Source: Candidatus Omnitrophota bacterium (GTDB taxonomy: Bacteria; Omnitrophota; Gorgyraeia; Gorgyraeales; Gorgyraeaceae). Taken from it: 60,946 bases of DNA. The number at the start of each line of letters is the position of its first letter. Positions within the stretch are counted from its first letter, which is position 1. The stretch is taken from assembly GCA_042570105.1 (NCBI GenBank), contig JBHPHW010000002.1, forward strand, positions 1 through 60,946, in the 5' to 3' direction. Below the pieces are notes generated by a model, which saw only the letters and a program-made list of their open reading frames with translations, did not search any database and was not told the origin of the DNA. Made by a program: the position numbers and the translations under genes. Of this stretch, positions 8,901 through 16,952 are shown piece by piece.

Positions 8901-10070
8901 ATGAGTACACTCATAGGTGTTGGCACAAGTATAAAACTGGATTCTTTGAAAGCCGGCCAGGAAGCTGCGAGACTCGCATATTACAAACTGAACAAACAGG
9001 CCCCGGATATAATAATTGCATTCATATCTACCATCTTTAATCAGATAGAGGCTATAAGAGGAATAAGGTCCATTATAAAAGAAACGCCGCTAGTGGGGTG
9101 TAGCTCTGCCGGCAGCATAAGTGCCTTCGGGGCCTTACGAAATTCTATAGCGGTATGCGCTATTAAGTCTAGCGATATCAGCTTTTCTTATGGCGTAGGA
9201 AACAACATAAGCAAAAATCCACGCTTAGCTGGAATGAACGCTGTAAGGGCTTCTTCCACCAAGTTAAAAAATGTCAAAAGAGGGCTCTACCTCATGTTTT
9301 CTGACGGCCTATCAGGAAAAGGGACAGACGCCCTCAGGGGAGCGCAGGAAATATTAGGGACCAGTTTTCCTATAATAGGCGGGGCTGCAACGGATGATTT
9401 TCATTTTCAAAAAACATACCAGTATCTTAATAATATCTACACGGATAGTATAGTGGGGATCCTTATGAGCGGGAAGATCAATGTCGGCATAGGGGGCGCT
9501 CATGGCTGGCAGCCAATCGGAAGGCCTCACAAAATCACAAGGGCAGAATCCAGCATGCTTAAAGAGATAGACAGAAGAAAAGCCGTTGAACTCTACGAGG
9601 AATATTTAAGTAAGTCCTTTGATGAATTAAAGATGGAGGGAATTGCCAAATTAGGTTCGCATTATCCGCTGGGGGTGCGGATGGAAGGAAAAAAACAATA
9701 CCTCATAAGGGCTCCCATAAAAATGGAGGATAATGGCAATCTAATGTTAACTACCGAGATCCCTGAACGTGAATACATAAACCTGATGATAGGGGATAAA
9801 AACCTGGCCTTGGAAGCTACAAAGAGGGCATGCACAAAAGCCTTAGGGAGCCTTGTAAAATCCAAAATTAAATTTGCGATTGTCTTTAGCGATATAGCAA
9901 GGCTCAAGCTTCTAAAAAAGGATTCACAAAGTGAAGTAGAAATAATAAAAGATATCCTTGGTAAGGGTGTGCCATTTTTTGGGTGTTATACCTGCGGAGA
10001 ATATGCGCCGCTTAATGGGCAATCCTATTTTCACAATCAAGCTATATCTGTAGCAGTTTTTTCAGAATAG
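8901..10070 (+). CDS. FIST-domain signal-transduction protein
   Basis: 389 aa. The C-terminal GCYTCGEYAPLNG..YFHNQ is characteristic of FIST_C. It sits directly upstream of a histidine kinase. Confidence 0.65.
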   Translation: MSTLIGVGTSIKLDSLKAGQEAARLAYYKLNKQAPDIIIAFISTIFNQIEAIRGIRSIIKETPLVGCSSAGSISAFGALRNSIAVCAIKSSDISFSYGVGNNISKNPRLAGMNAVRASSTKLKNVKRGLYLMFSDGLSGKGTDALRGAQEILGTSFPIIGGAATDDFHFQKTYQYLNNIYTDSIVGILMSGKINVGIGGAHGWQPIGRPHKITRAESSMLKEIDRRKAVELYEEYLSKSFDELKMEGIAKLGSHYPLGVRMEGKKQYLIRAPIKMEDNGNLMLTTEIPEREYINLMIGDKNLALEATKRACTKALGSLVKSKIKFAIVFSDIARLKLLKKDSQSEVEIIKDILGKGVPFFGCYTCGEYAPLNGQSYFHNQAISVAVFSE

Positions 10071-10080
10071 GGGCAAAAAT

Positions 10081-11553
10081 ATGGAACTGTATTATATAAT
10101 CTTTTCGGTAATAGTCATGGGGATAGCTTTTATTGTATCTAGCCATGAGAGGGATAAGCGCGTTTCCTCAGAAATAAAAAACAAGAGCCTGCAGGATGTC
10201 GTGGATCAGCTTGATGAACAGGCGAAGATGATTATAAAAACAGACCTTGCCCTTGCCAAAGTACAAGAAGAACTGGACAAGAAAATAACAGGCCTCTATA
10301 CGCTCCACGAACTCGGGAAAAAGATAAACTCTACCTTTAACATAGAAGACCTGTTTATGCTGATAAATCGGCCTCTTGTTTTAAAATTAGGTTTTTCAAA
10401 TGCCCTGATCATGCTAAAAGACAGGGCCTCTGGCACCATCCTCACAAAAACATCTATTGGTTACCGAGAGGCCGAGATCGAAAGAATAGAAAAAGAACTA
10501 AATAAAGGGGATACATCTCTATCTCTTTTTAGAAAACATGGATTTTTATTGGTAAATAGAGACCTGGAAAAAATAGAGCATGAGGACCTCTTTTCAGATA
10601 TATTTAAAACCAGGTCTTTTCTGACGGTCCCTATTGTCGCAAAGGACGAGGCTGTAGGATTTATACTTATAGGAAACACATCCAGTTACAGCAAGGTAAC
10701 AGAGGGTGATGCAGAACTTCTATCTGTATTGGCCAGCCAGATAGGCACAGCTATTGAGAATACAGGGCTTTATACAGAGCTTTTTAATTCCCACCAGGAA
10801 CTGGAAAGAAGGGTAAAAGAGAGGACCCTGGAACTCGCAAAACTCAATGAAGAACTGAAAAGGTTGAATAAGGAAAAATCAAATTTTGTATCTGCCGTAG
10901 CCCATGAGCTCAGGACACCCCTTACGTCTATAAAAGGCTATGCCTCGCTTCTCACAAGAGGAAAATTAGGCGAGCTTTCTCCTGAACAAAAAGAACGTCT
11001 TGAAAAAATAGATAAACATTCGGATAGCCTTGCGCACTTAGTAAATAATCTACTGGATATAGCAAGAATAGAATCGGGCAGGGTGCAGATGGAGATAAAA
11101 GAAATATCCATAAAAGAGCTGCTGGATTCTATCGTAGATATCATTACGCCTCAGATAAAAGATAAAAAAATCTCTCTCAAGGTAAACGCGAAAACAAAGG
11201 TAGATAAGATAAAAGCCGATCCAGGCCAACTAGAAAGGGTCTTTCTGAACCTTTTGAGTAACGCTACAAAGTTTACGCCGGAAAAAGGGAAAATAACTAT
11301 ATATATAGAAGAAAAGGGCTCATCTATTGAATTTGGCATAGAAGATAGCGGCATAGGGATCGCAAAACAAGATCTAGAAAAGGTGTTTGAGGAATTCTTC
11401 AGGACAAGGAACGCTCAGGACCAGAAAATAAAAGGTACTGGCCTTGGGCTATCTCTTGTCAAAAAAATAGTAGCGGCCCATAAAGGCAGAATATGGGTGG
11501 ATTCAGAACTTGGGAGAGGGACAAAATTTAGCTTCACTATACCGAGATCTTGA
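10081..11553 (+). CDS. sensor histidine kinase (TM anchor, GAF-like domain, HisKA, HATPase_c)
   Basis: H box AHELRTPLTSIKGY, N box NLLSNATKFT, G boxes EDSGIGI and GTGLGLSLVKKIV. Confidence 0.9.
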   Translation: MELYYIIFSVIVMGIAFIVSSHERDKRVSSEIKNKSLQDVVDQLDEQAKMIIKTDLALAKVQEELDKKITGLYTLHELGKKINSTFNIEDLFMLINRPLVLKLGFSNALIMLKDRASGTILTKTSIGYREAEIERIEKELNKGDTSLSLFRKHGFLLVNRDLEKIEHEDLFSDIFKTRSFLTVPIVAKDEAVGFILIGNTSSYSKVTEGDAELLSVLASQIGTAIENTGLYTELFNSHQELERRVKERTLELAKLNEELKRLNKEKSNFVSAVAHELRTPLTSIKGYASLLTRGKLGELSPEQKERLEKIDKHSDSLAHLVNNLLDIARIESGRVQMEIKEISIKELLDSIVDIITPQIKDKKISLKVNAKTKVDKIKADPGQLERVFLNLLSNATKFTPEKGKITIYIEEKGSSIEFGIEDSGIGIAKQDLEKVFEEFFRTRNAQDQKIKGTGLGLSLVKKIVAAHKGRIWVDSELGRGTKFSFTIPRS

Positions 11554-11572
11554 TAGATACAAGGAAAGTCTT

Positions 11573-12511
11573 ATGTCAAACGAAAAAATATTAATAGTGG
11601 ATGATGATCCTGACATATTGGATGTATTGAAAATAACGCTTGAAGACGAAGGCTATGAGGTAATAGAAGGGCATGATGGCCAGGAAGCAGTAGATATCAT
11701 TAAAAAGACAATTCCCGATCTATTGATAACAGACTTTAATATGCCTAAAATAAACGGGGATGAGGTCTGCAAAATCTTAAAACAGGACATGCTGATCCAA
11801 CACATGCCTATTATAATGCTGACAGGCAAAGGTGAAGTCAGCGACAAGGTCCAAAGCATAGATGCGGGCGCGGATGACTATATAGTAAAACCCTTTGAGC
11901 CGCAGGAACTTGTAGCAAGGGTCAAAATGGCATTACGCAAAACTGTCAGGGATCTAGATGCCAATCCTTTGACAAGGCTTCCGGGAAACGTCTCCATCCT
12001 CAATGAAATGCAGAGACGTATAGACAATAATGAGCTTTTCGCAGTCTTTTATATCGATCTGGATAAATTTAAGGCATTTAACGATAAATATGGCTTTAAA
12101 AGGGGGGACGAGGTCATAAAAAATACTGCCAGGTTCCTGATAAATTCAGTGCAGGAAAAAGGCGCGCCCCAGGATTTTATAGGCCATATAGGCGGCGATG
12201 ATTTTGTAGTAGTAACAACCCCTGAGACGATAGATGAGGTATGTAAATCTATCATAGCCAATTTTGACTCAATGGTGCCAGATCTATATACTAAGGAAGA
12301 CAATAAAAAAGGTTACGTAGTCGGCAAGAACAGGCTTGGGAAGAAAGAAAAGATACCTCTGATGTCTATTTCTATAGCTGTAGTAACTAATAAAAAGAAA
12401 AAAATAAACCACGTGGGAGAAGTGGGAGAGATAGGCGCAGAGCTAAAAGAATACGCTAAAACACTAAAAGGAAGCAATTACGTAACAGAACGTCGCAGAA
12501 AAACTACCTAA
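11573..12511 (+). CDS. response regulator: receiver domain fused to a GGDEF-type cyclase domain with variant GGDDF signature
   Basis: Start moved to ATG 11573 (MSNEKILIVDDD, AAGGAAAG upstream), because the track start at 11510 overlaps the kinase. REC motifs DD...D...K. Cyclase motifs LTRLPGN, DLDKFKAFNDKYGFKRGD, GHIGGDDF. Confidence 0.85.
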   Translation: MSNEKILIVDDDPDILDVLKITLEDEGYEVIEGHDGQEAVDIIKKTIPDLLITDFNMPKINGDEVCKILKQDMLIQHMPIIMLTGKGEVSDKVQSIDAGADDYIVKPFEPQELVARVKMALRKTVRDLDANPLTRLPGNVSILNEMQRRIDNNELFAVFYIDLDKFKAFNDKYGFKRGDEVIKNTARFLINSVQEKGAPQDFIGHIGGDDFVVVTTPETIDEVCKSIIANFDSMVPDLYTKEDNKKGYVVGKNRLGKKEKIPLMSISIAVVTNKKKKINHVGEVGEIGAELKEYAKTLKGSNYVTERRRKTT

Positions 12512-12551
12512 ATAGCGTTCGCTCGTTTCAAATCCTTTTGCTATCATATTG

Positions 12552-12637
12552 TGGTGCGCGGAACAGGATTTGAACCTGCATAGGATTGCTCCCGCTAGCC
12601 CCTCAAGCTAGTGTGTCTGCCATTCCACCACCCGCGC
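12552..12637 (-). tRNA. tRNA-Leu (anticodon GAG), long variable arm, CCA encoded
   Basis: GCGCGGGTGGTGGAATGGCAGACAC..., anticodon stem CTAGC/GCTAG, loop TTGAGGG; 86 nt. Confidence 0.9.
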
Positions 12638-12638
12638 A

Positions 12639-12712
12639 TGGCTGGAGGAGATGGATTCGAACCATCACAACAGGTTCCAGAGACCTGTGTCCTACCATTA
12701 GACAATCCTCCA
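12639..12712 (-). tRNA. tRNA-Gln (anticodon CUG), CCA encoded
   Basis: TGGAGGA...TCCTCCA-G-CCA with the U1:A72 pair typical of bacterial tRNA-Gln. Anticodon loop CTCTGGA. Confidence 0.9.
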
Positions 12713-12728
12713 AAAAATATTGTAGCCT

Positions 12729-13091
12729 TTATTCCGGCCTTAGCTTTCTTTCCTTTATTTCATTGTTAATATACGTCATAAAGCGTTTTTGGTCTTTCGG
12801 CTCTATCTCGATAAACTTAACTCCTACCTCGAAAGTTCTAGTATGCGGCTCGCCAACCTTTTTTACCCAGACAACCTTTCCTTTTACAAATATAGGCATT
12901 GAATCAAAAGGGACCTGGAGCTCTATACTGAGATTCGTTTCCTTTGGCAGTCTCTCATATACAATAAAGCAAACACCGCCTTCACTTATATTGCTGCTAA
13001 CGATCTGATCTTCTGTGCATGGTTCTTCAAGTGTCTTATAATATACTACGACAGGCCACTCCAGCCTTACAAATCTTCTCTTTTCTTCCAT
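12729..13091 (-). CDS. PilZ-domain protein (c-di-GMP receptor type)
   Basis: RRFVR (RxxxR) followed by NISEGG (D/NxSxxG). 120 aa. The ATG lies 1 nt after the gltX stop. Confidence 0.8.
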   Translation of the reverse strand: MEEKRRFVRLEWPVVVYYKTLEEPCTEDQIVSSNISEGGVCFIVYERLPKETNLSIELQVPFDSMPIFVKGKVVWVKKVGEPHTRTFEVGVKFIEIEPKDQKRFMTYINNEIKERKLRPE

Positions 13092-13092
13092 A

Positions 13093-14370
13093 TTAAAAGT
13101 CGCCTCTTAAAACTCCTTCTAACCTCTCTATAGTCTTTTCTTTCCCCAAAAGCGCCAAAACCTCGAATATCCCTGCTGAAACACTTTTTCCTGTAACAGC
13201 TACTCTCAGAGGATGTATTAAATCCCCTCCCTTTAAACCCAGTTCCTTTACAAGGGCCCTTAGCTGAGTCTCAATACCTTCAAGCGTAAAGTCTTCTATC
13301 CCTTCTATACGTTCCTTCGCTAGTTTCAGTATACCTAAAACTCCTTCTTTTTTCAAAAATTTTTCTACCTCTTCACTTCTATAATGTACTTTTCTGGAGG
13401 TAAATATATCAAGTTCTTCCTTAAATTCGAGAAGGGTCTTTACCCTATTGTGATAGAGTCCGACAAACTTCCTGAACCACTCTGGGTCATGATCGCCTCC
13501 AATAAATGCAGTGAGCATATTCGTCAACTTGTCTACGTCTAATTTCTTTATATGCTCGCCATTGAGCCAACGCAGTTTCCCCTCATCAAACTCTGCGCCT
13601 CTTTTATTGACACGCTTTAGGCCGAATCTTTTTATTATTGTGTCTACCTCCATAAATTCTCTATTATCCCCGGGCGCCCATCCTAAAAGCGCAAGGTAAT
13701 TAACCATCGCTTCCGGGAGATACCCTTTTTCTTTATATTCCGATACGGCCACTGCGCCAAACCTTTTAGAAAGACGGGATTTATCTGGCGCCAGTATCAA
13801 TGGTATGTGGACAAATTTTGGCGGTTTTGCGCCAAGCGCATTATATAAGGCGATCTGTTTATTTGTATTTGAAATATGGTCATCTCCTCTTATAATATGC
13901 GAGGTCTTCATCTCAATATCGTCGACAACGCAGGCAAAATTAAATGCAGCTCTCTTGTCTGATTTTATCAAAACAAGTTCACCTATGAGGGCATTGTCCA
14001 CTTCGATCTCCCCATGTATAACGTCATAGATCTTTATCTTTTCAGGCGGAACTTTAAAGATAACCGCTTCTCCATCTTTATACGCCATGCCTTTTTTGAG
14101 CAGCTTTTCCGCATAAGATAGATATAGATCCAGACGTTTACTCTGAAAATATGGCCCTTCATCCCAGTCCAGGCCAAGCCACTGGAGACTTGAAAGTATT
14201 TCCTTCAAATAGGAATCTTTTGAGCGGTCCTTATCTGTATCTTCTATCCTCAGGATAAATTTTCCAGACTGAGACCTTGCGTATAACCAGTTAAAAAGGG
14301 CTGTCCTTGCGCTTCCTATATGCAAATTTCCTGTAGGGGATGGCGCAAATCTAACGCGAACCATACTCAT
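13093..14370 (-). CDS. gltX: glutamate--tRNA ligase
   Basis: RFAPSPTGNLHIGSARTALFNW (HIGH motif), RLSKR (KMSKS motif), RIEDTD. 425 aa. An alternative start exists at 14364. Confidence 0.9.
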   Translation of the reverse strand: MSMVRVRFAPSPTGNLHIGSARTALFNWLYARSQSGKFILRIEDTDKDRSKDSYLKEILSSLQWLGLDWDEGPYFQSKRLDLYLSYAEKLLKKGMAYKDGEAVIFKVPPEKIKIYDVIHGEIEVDNALIGELVLIKSDKRAAFNFACVVDDIEMKTSHIIRGDDHISNTNKQIALYNALGAKPPKFVHIPLILAPDKSRLSKRFGAVAVSEYKEKGYLPEAMVNYLALLGWAPGDNREFMEVDTIIKRFGLKRVNKRGAEFDEGKLRWLNGEHIKKLDVDKLTNMLTAFIGGDHDPEWFRKFVGLYHNRVKTLLEFKEELDIFTSRKVHYRSEEVEKFLKKEGVLGILKLAKERIEGIEDFTLEGIETQLRALVKELGLKGGDLIHPLRVAVTGKSVSAGIFEVLALLGKEKTIERLEGVLRGDF

Positions 14371-14890
14371 AACCCTTTCTTATTGCCTCTTCGTTTACAG
14401 GTATCATGTTCAGGCGACTCTTTGGGATGACATCTTTCAGTGAGGCTATCAAGGACTCTACCGGTAAAATATTTTTTTTCGCTAAAAACGAACCGAGTAT
14501 GATCATATTGCTAACACGCATATTCCCTAATTGCACAGCCATGTCTGTGGCTGGAATTTCCAAGATATCGATGTCGTCCCTCTTGGCCTTGATCTCTATT
14601 AAAGACTTGTTTATGATCAATATTCCTTTGGCCTTGATTTTATCTTCAAATTTCTGAAGCGATGGCTTATTCATGACTATACATGCGCTCGGCTCTTTTA
14701 CTATAGGAGAAGCAATTGACGAACTTGAGATAACGACCATGGAATGAGCTGTGCCTCCTCTCACCTCTGCGCCATAAGAAGGCATCCAGGTAACAAATTT
14801 CCCCTCATTCATTGCGGCATAAGACAAGGCCTTACCCATTAACATTATACCCTGCCCGCCGAATCCTGCAAAAATAATATCTTCCCGCAC
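14351..14890 (-). CDS. 2-oxoacid:ferredoxin oxidoreductase, gamma subunit
   Basis: FAGFGGQGIMLMGK N-terminus. The GTG start overlaps the beta-subunit stop (TAGTG). Confidence 0.85.
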   Translation of the reverse strand: MREDIIFAGFGGQGIMLMGKALSYAAMNEGKFVTWMPSYGAEVRGGTAHSMVVISSSSIASPIVKEPSACIVMNKPSLQKFEDKIKAKGILIINKSLIEIKAKRDDIDILEIPATDMAVQLGNMRVSNMIILGSFLAKKNILPVESLIASLKDVIPKSRLNMIPVNEEAIRKGYEYGSR

Positions 14891-15630
14891 TATTGACCCT
14901 CGTTTTTAAATATGCCCAATGGATATTCCTTTACCATGCTTTCTCCCATCCACTTAACAGCATCTTTAGGTGAAAGGCCTAGATAAGTAGGGCATGGTGA
15001 AAGCACCTCAACAATAGAAAAACCCCGCCCCTCGATTTGATTCTGGAGGGCCTTTTTTACTGCCTTTTTCGCCTTTAAAATATGCTGCGGCGTATGGACT
15101 GAAGCCCTTTCTGCATAAAAAACACCCGGGAGAGTAGCTATCAATTCGCATACCTTGACCGGGAAGCCGTCTCTTTTTTGATCTCGCCCAAGAGGCGTAG
15201 TGCTTGTCTTTTGCTTTAGCATTGTCGTAGGGGCCATCTGCCCCCCTGTCATCCCATAAACTGCATTATTAATAAAATAGATCGTTATGTTTTCTCCTCT
15301 ATTCGCCGCATGTATTATCTCTGCGGTGCCTATTGCTGCGAGGTCTCCGTCTCCCTGATATCCAAAAACTATATTTTTTGGACTCGCCCTCTTTATGCCT
15401 GTTGCAACTGCCGGCACCCGGCCATGCGCTGCCTCTGTTACATCAAAATCCCAATAATCATACGCTATAACTGCGCAACCAACAGGGGCAATGCCCACAA
15501 CTGACTCTCTTATACCAAATTCATCGATTGCCTCACAAATAAGCCTATGCACTATCCCATGGCCACAACCACTACAATAGTGGGTAGCTACATCCCTCAT
15601 ACTTTTTGGTTTTGAGAATATCTTTTTCAT
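14890..15630 (-). CDS. 2-oxoacid:ferredoxin oxidoreductase, beta (TPP-binding) subunit
   Basis: CSGCGHG near the N-terminus; GDGD...NNAVYGMTGGQ TPP motif. Confidence 0.9.
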   Translation of the reverse strand: MKKIFSKPKSMRDVATHYCSGCGHGIVHRLICEAIDEFGIRESVVGIAPVGCAVIAYDYWDFDVTEAAHGRVPAVATGIKRASPKNIVFGYQGDGDLAAIGTAEIIHAANRGENITIYFINNAVYGMTGGQMAPTTMLKQKTSTTPLGRDQKRDGFPVKVCELIATLPGVFYAERASVHTPQHILKAKKAVKKALQNQIEGRGFSIVEVLSPCPTYLGLSPKDAVKWMGESMVKEYPLGIFKNEGQ

Positions 15631-15637
15631 AATCTTA

Positions 15638-15678
15638 TGATGGGAGTCGGGAACCCAATAGGTTCCCGACTCCCATCA
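15638..15678. repeat. REP-like element, full palindrome (18-bp perfect stem, 5-nt loop)
   Basis: TGATGGGAGTCGGGAACC-CAATA-GGTTCCCGACTCCCATCA. It fills the gap between the alpha and beta subunit genes. Confidence 0.8.
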
Positions 15679-16734
15679 TATCCCTATCTTTGCAATTTCC
15701 TTCAATATCTCTTCCTCTGTCGGGACCCCCCCGCCAGAACGGCCATAAAAATGAACCGGCTTACTGCAATCTATACTGAGCTTGACATCCTCCACCATCT
15801 GGCCACAGCTCATCTCTACCACTAAAAATGCATCTACATCTTTTGCCAATTCCTTTAACTCTTTTTCTGGAAACGGCCAAAGACTTATCGGCCTGAACAT
15901 GCCGACCTTTTTGCCATCCCCTCGTAATCTCTCGACAAGTTTTCTACAGATCCTGCTTGGGGTACCATAGGCCACTATCATGATCTTACTATTATCCCCA
16001 TATAAAATTTCACAGCGGGTCTCTTTTTTCCTGATCTGATCATATTTTTTCTGTAATTTCTCGTTCAGTCTCTCCAACACCCCTTCTTCCAGCAAAAGCG
16101 ATCTTATAATCCTCGGGTTTCTTCCCTTGCATCCAGTTAGAACCCAATCTTTTTCGCCGCTCGCCGCTCGCTGTCCGTGATCCGCTCTTAGCTCCACCGG
16201 CTCCATCATCTGGCCCAGAATGCCGTCACCTAAAATCATTACAGGTGTCCTATACTTATCGGCGAGGTCGAAAGAAAGTATTGTCAAGTCTACTACCTCC
16301 TGCAGGGATGCCGGCGCCAGTACTATCTGGCGATAATCACCATGGCCTCCCCCTCTTGTGGCCTGAAAATAATCACTCTGGCTCGGCGCTATATTCCCAA
16401 GGCCTGGCCCGCCTCTCATCATATTTACGATCACTGCAGGAAGCTCACACGCTGCAAGATATGATATCCCCTCCTGCTTGAGGCTGATACCCGGGCTCGA
16501 AGAAGATGTCATGCCTCTTGCGCCTGTAAGAGATGCGCCAAAAACCATATTTATAGCAGCCAATTCACTCTCTGCCTGTATAAAGACTCCGCCCACTTCT
16601 GGCATGCGCCTAGACATATAGGCTGGGATCTCATTTTGCGGAGTAATAGGGTATCCTGCATAGAATCTGCATCCTGCCAGTATAGCCGCCTCTCCCAAAA
16701 CCTCATTTCCGCACATCAAGACTTTTTTTGCCAT
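15676..16734 (-). CDS. 2-oxoacid:ferredoxin oxidoreductase, alpha subunit
   Basis: MCGNEVLGEAAILAGCRFYAGYPITPQNEI is typical of KorA/PorA-type alpha subunits. Confidence 0.9.
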   Translation of the reverse strand: MAKKVLMCGNEVLGEAAILAGCRFYAGYPITPQNEIPAYMSRRMPEVGGVFIQAESELAAINMVFGASLTGARGMTSSSSPGISLKQEGISYLAACELPAVIVNMMRGGPGLGNIAPSQSDYFQATRGGGHGDYRQIVLAPASLQEVVDLTILSFDLADKYRTPVMILGDGILGQMMEPVELRADHGQRAASGEKDWVLTGCKGRNPRIIRSLLLEEGVLERLNEKLQKKYDQIRKKETRCEILYGDNSKIMIVAYGTPSRICRKLVERLRGDGKKVGMFRPISLWPFPEKELKELAKDVDAFLVVEMSCGQMVEDVKLSIDCSKPVHFYGRSGGGVPTEEEILKEIAKIGI

Positions 16735-16736
16735 AT

Positions 16737-16940
16737 TTATTTATATACCGTTACGCAAGTTTCAGGACACACAATCGCACAAAAAGAACACCCCGTGCAA
16801 TCGTCCTTGTTCGAAAAGAATACCGGGTTTATGCCTTTTCTATTTATAGCGCCATCCACCTTGATGCAAGTCTTTGGACAATAAATCAGGCAAAGTTGAC
16901 AGCCCTTACATTTTTCTTTATTGATCTCTACTTTCGGCAT
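16737..16940 (-). CDS. 4Fe-4S dicluster ferredoxin-type delta subunit of the oxidoreductase
   Basis: Two CxxCxxCxxxCP motifs in 67 aa. 2 nt upstream of the alpha subunit gene. Confidence 0.85.
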   Translation of the reverse strand: MPKVEINKEKCKGCQLCLIYCPKTCIKVDGAINRKGINPVFFSNKDDCTGCSFCAIVCPETCVTVYK

Positions 16941-16952
16941 AATATCAAAAAT

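Noticed and set aside
12512-12720. tRNA cluster as an integration hotspot or genomic-island border.
   Set aside because: There is no integrase, no direct repeat of a tRNA 3' end and no compositional break that I could see. The flanking genes are ordinary housekeeping.
12586-13008. 140-aa + strand ORF.
   Set aside because: It overlaps tRNA-Leu and tRNA-Gln and is antisense to the well-supported PilZ gene.
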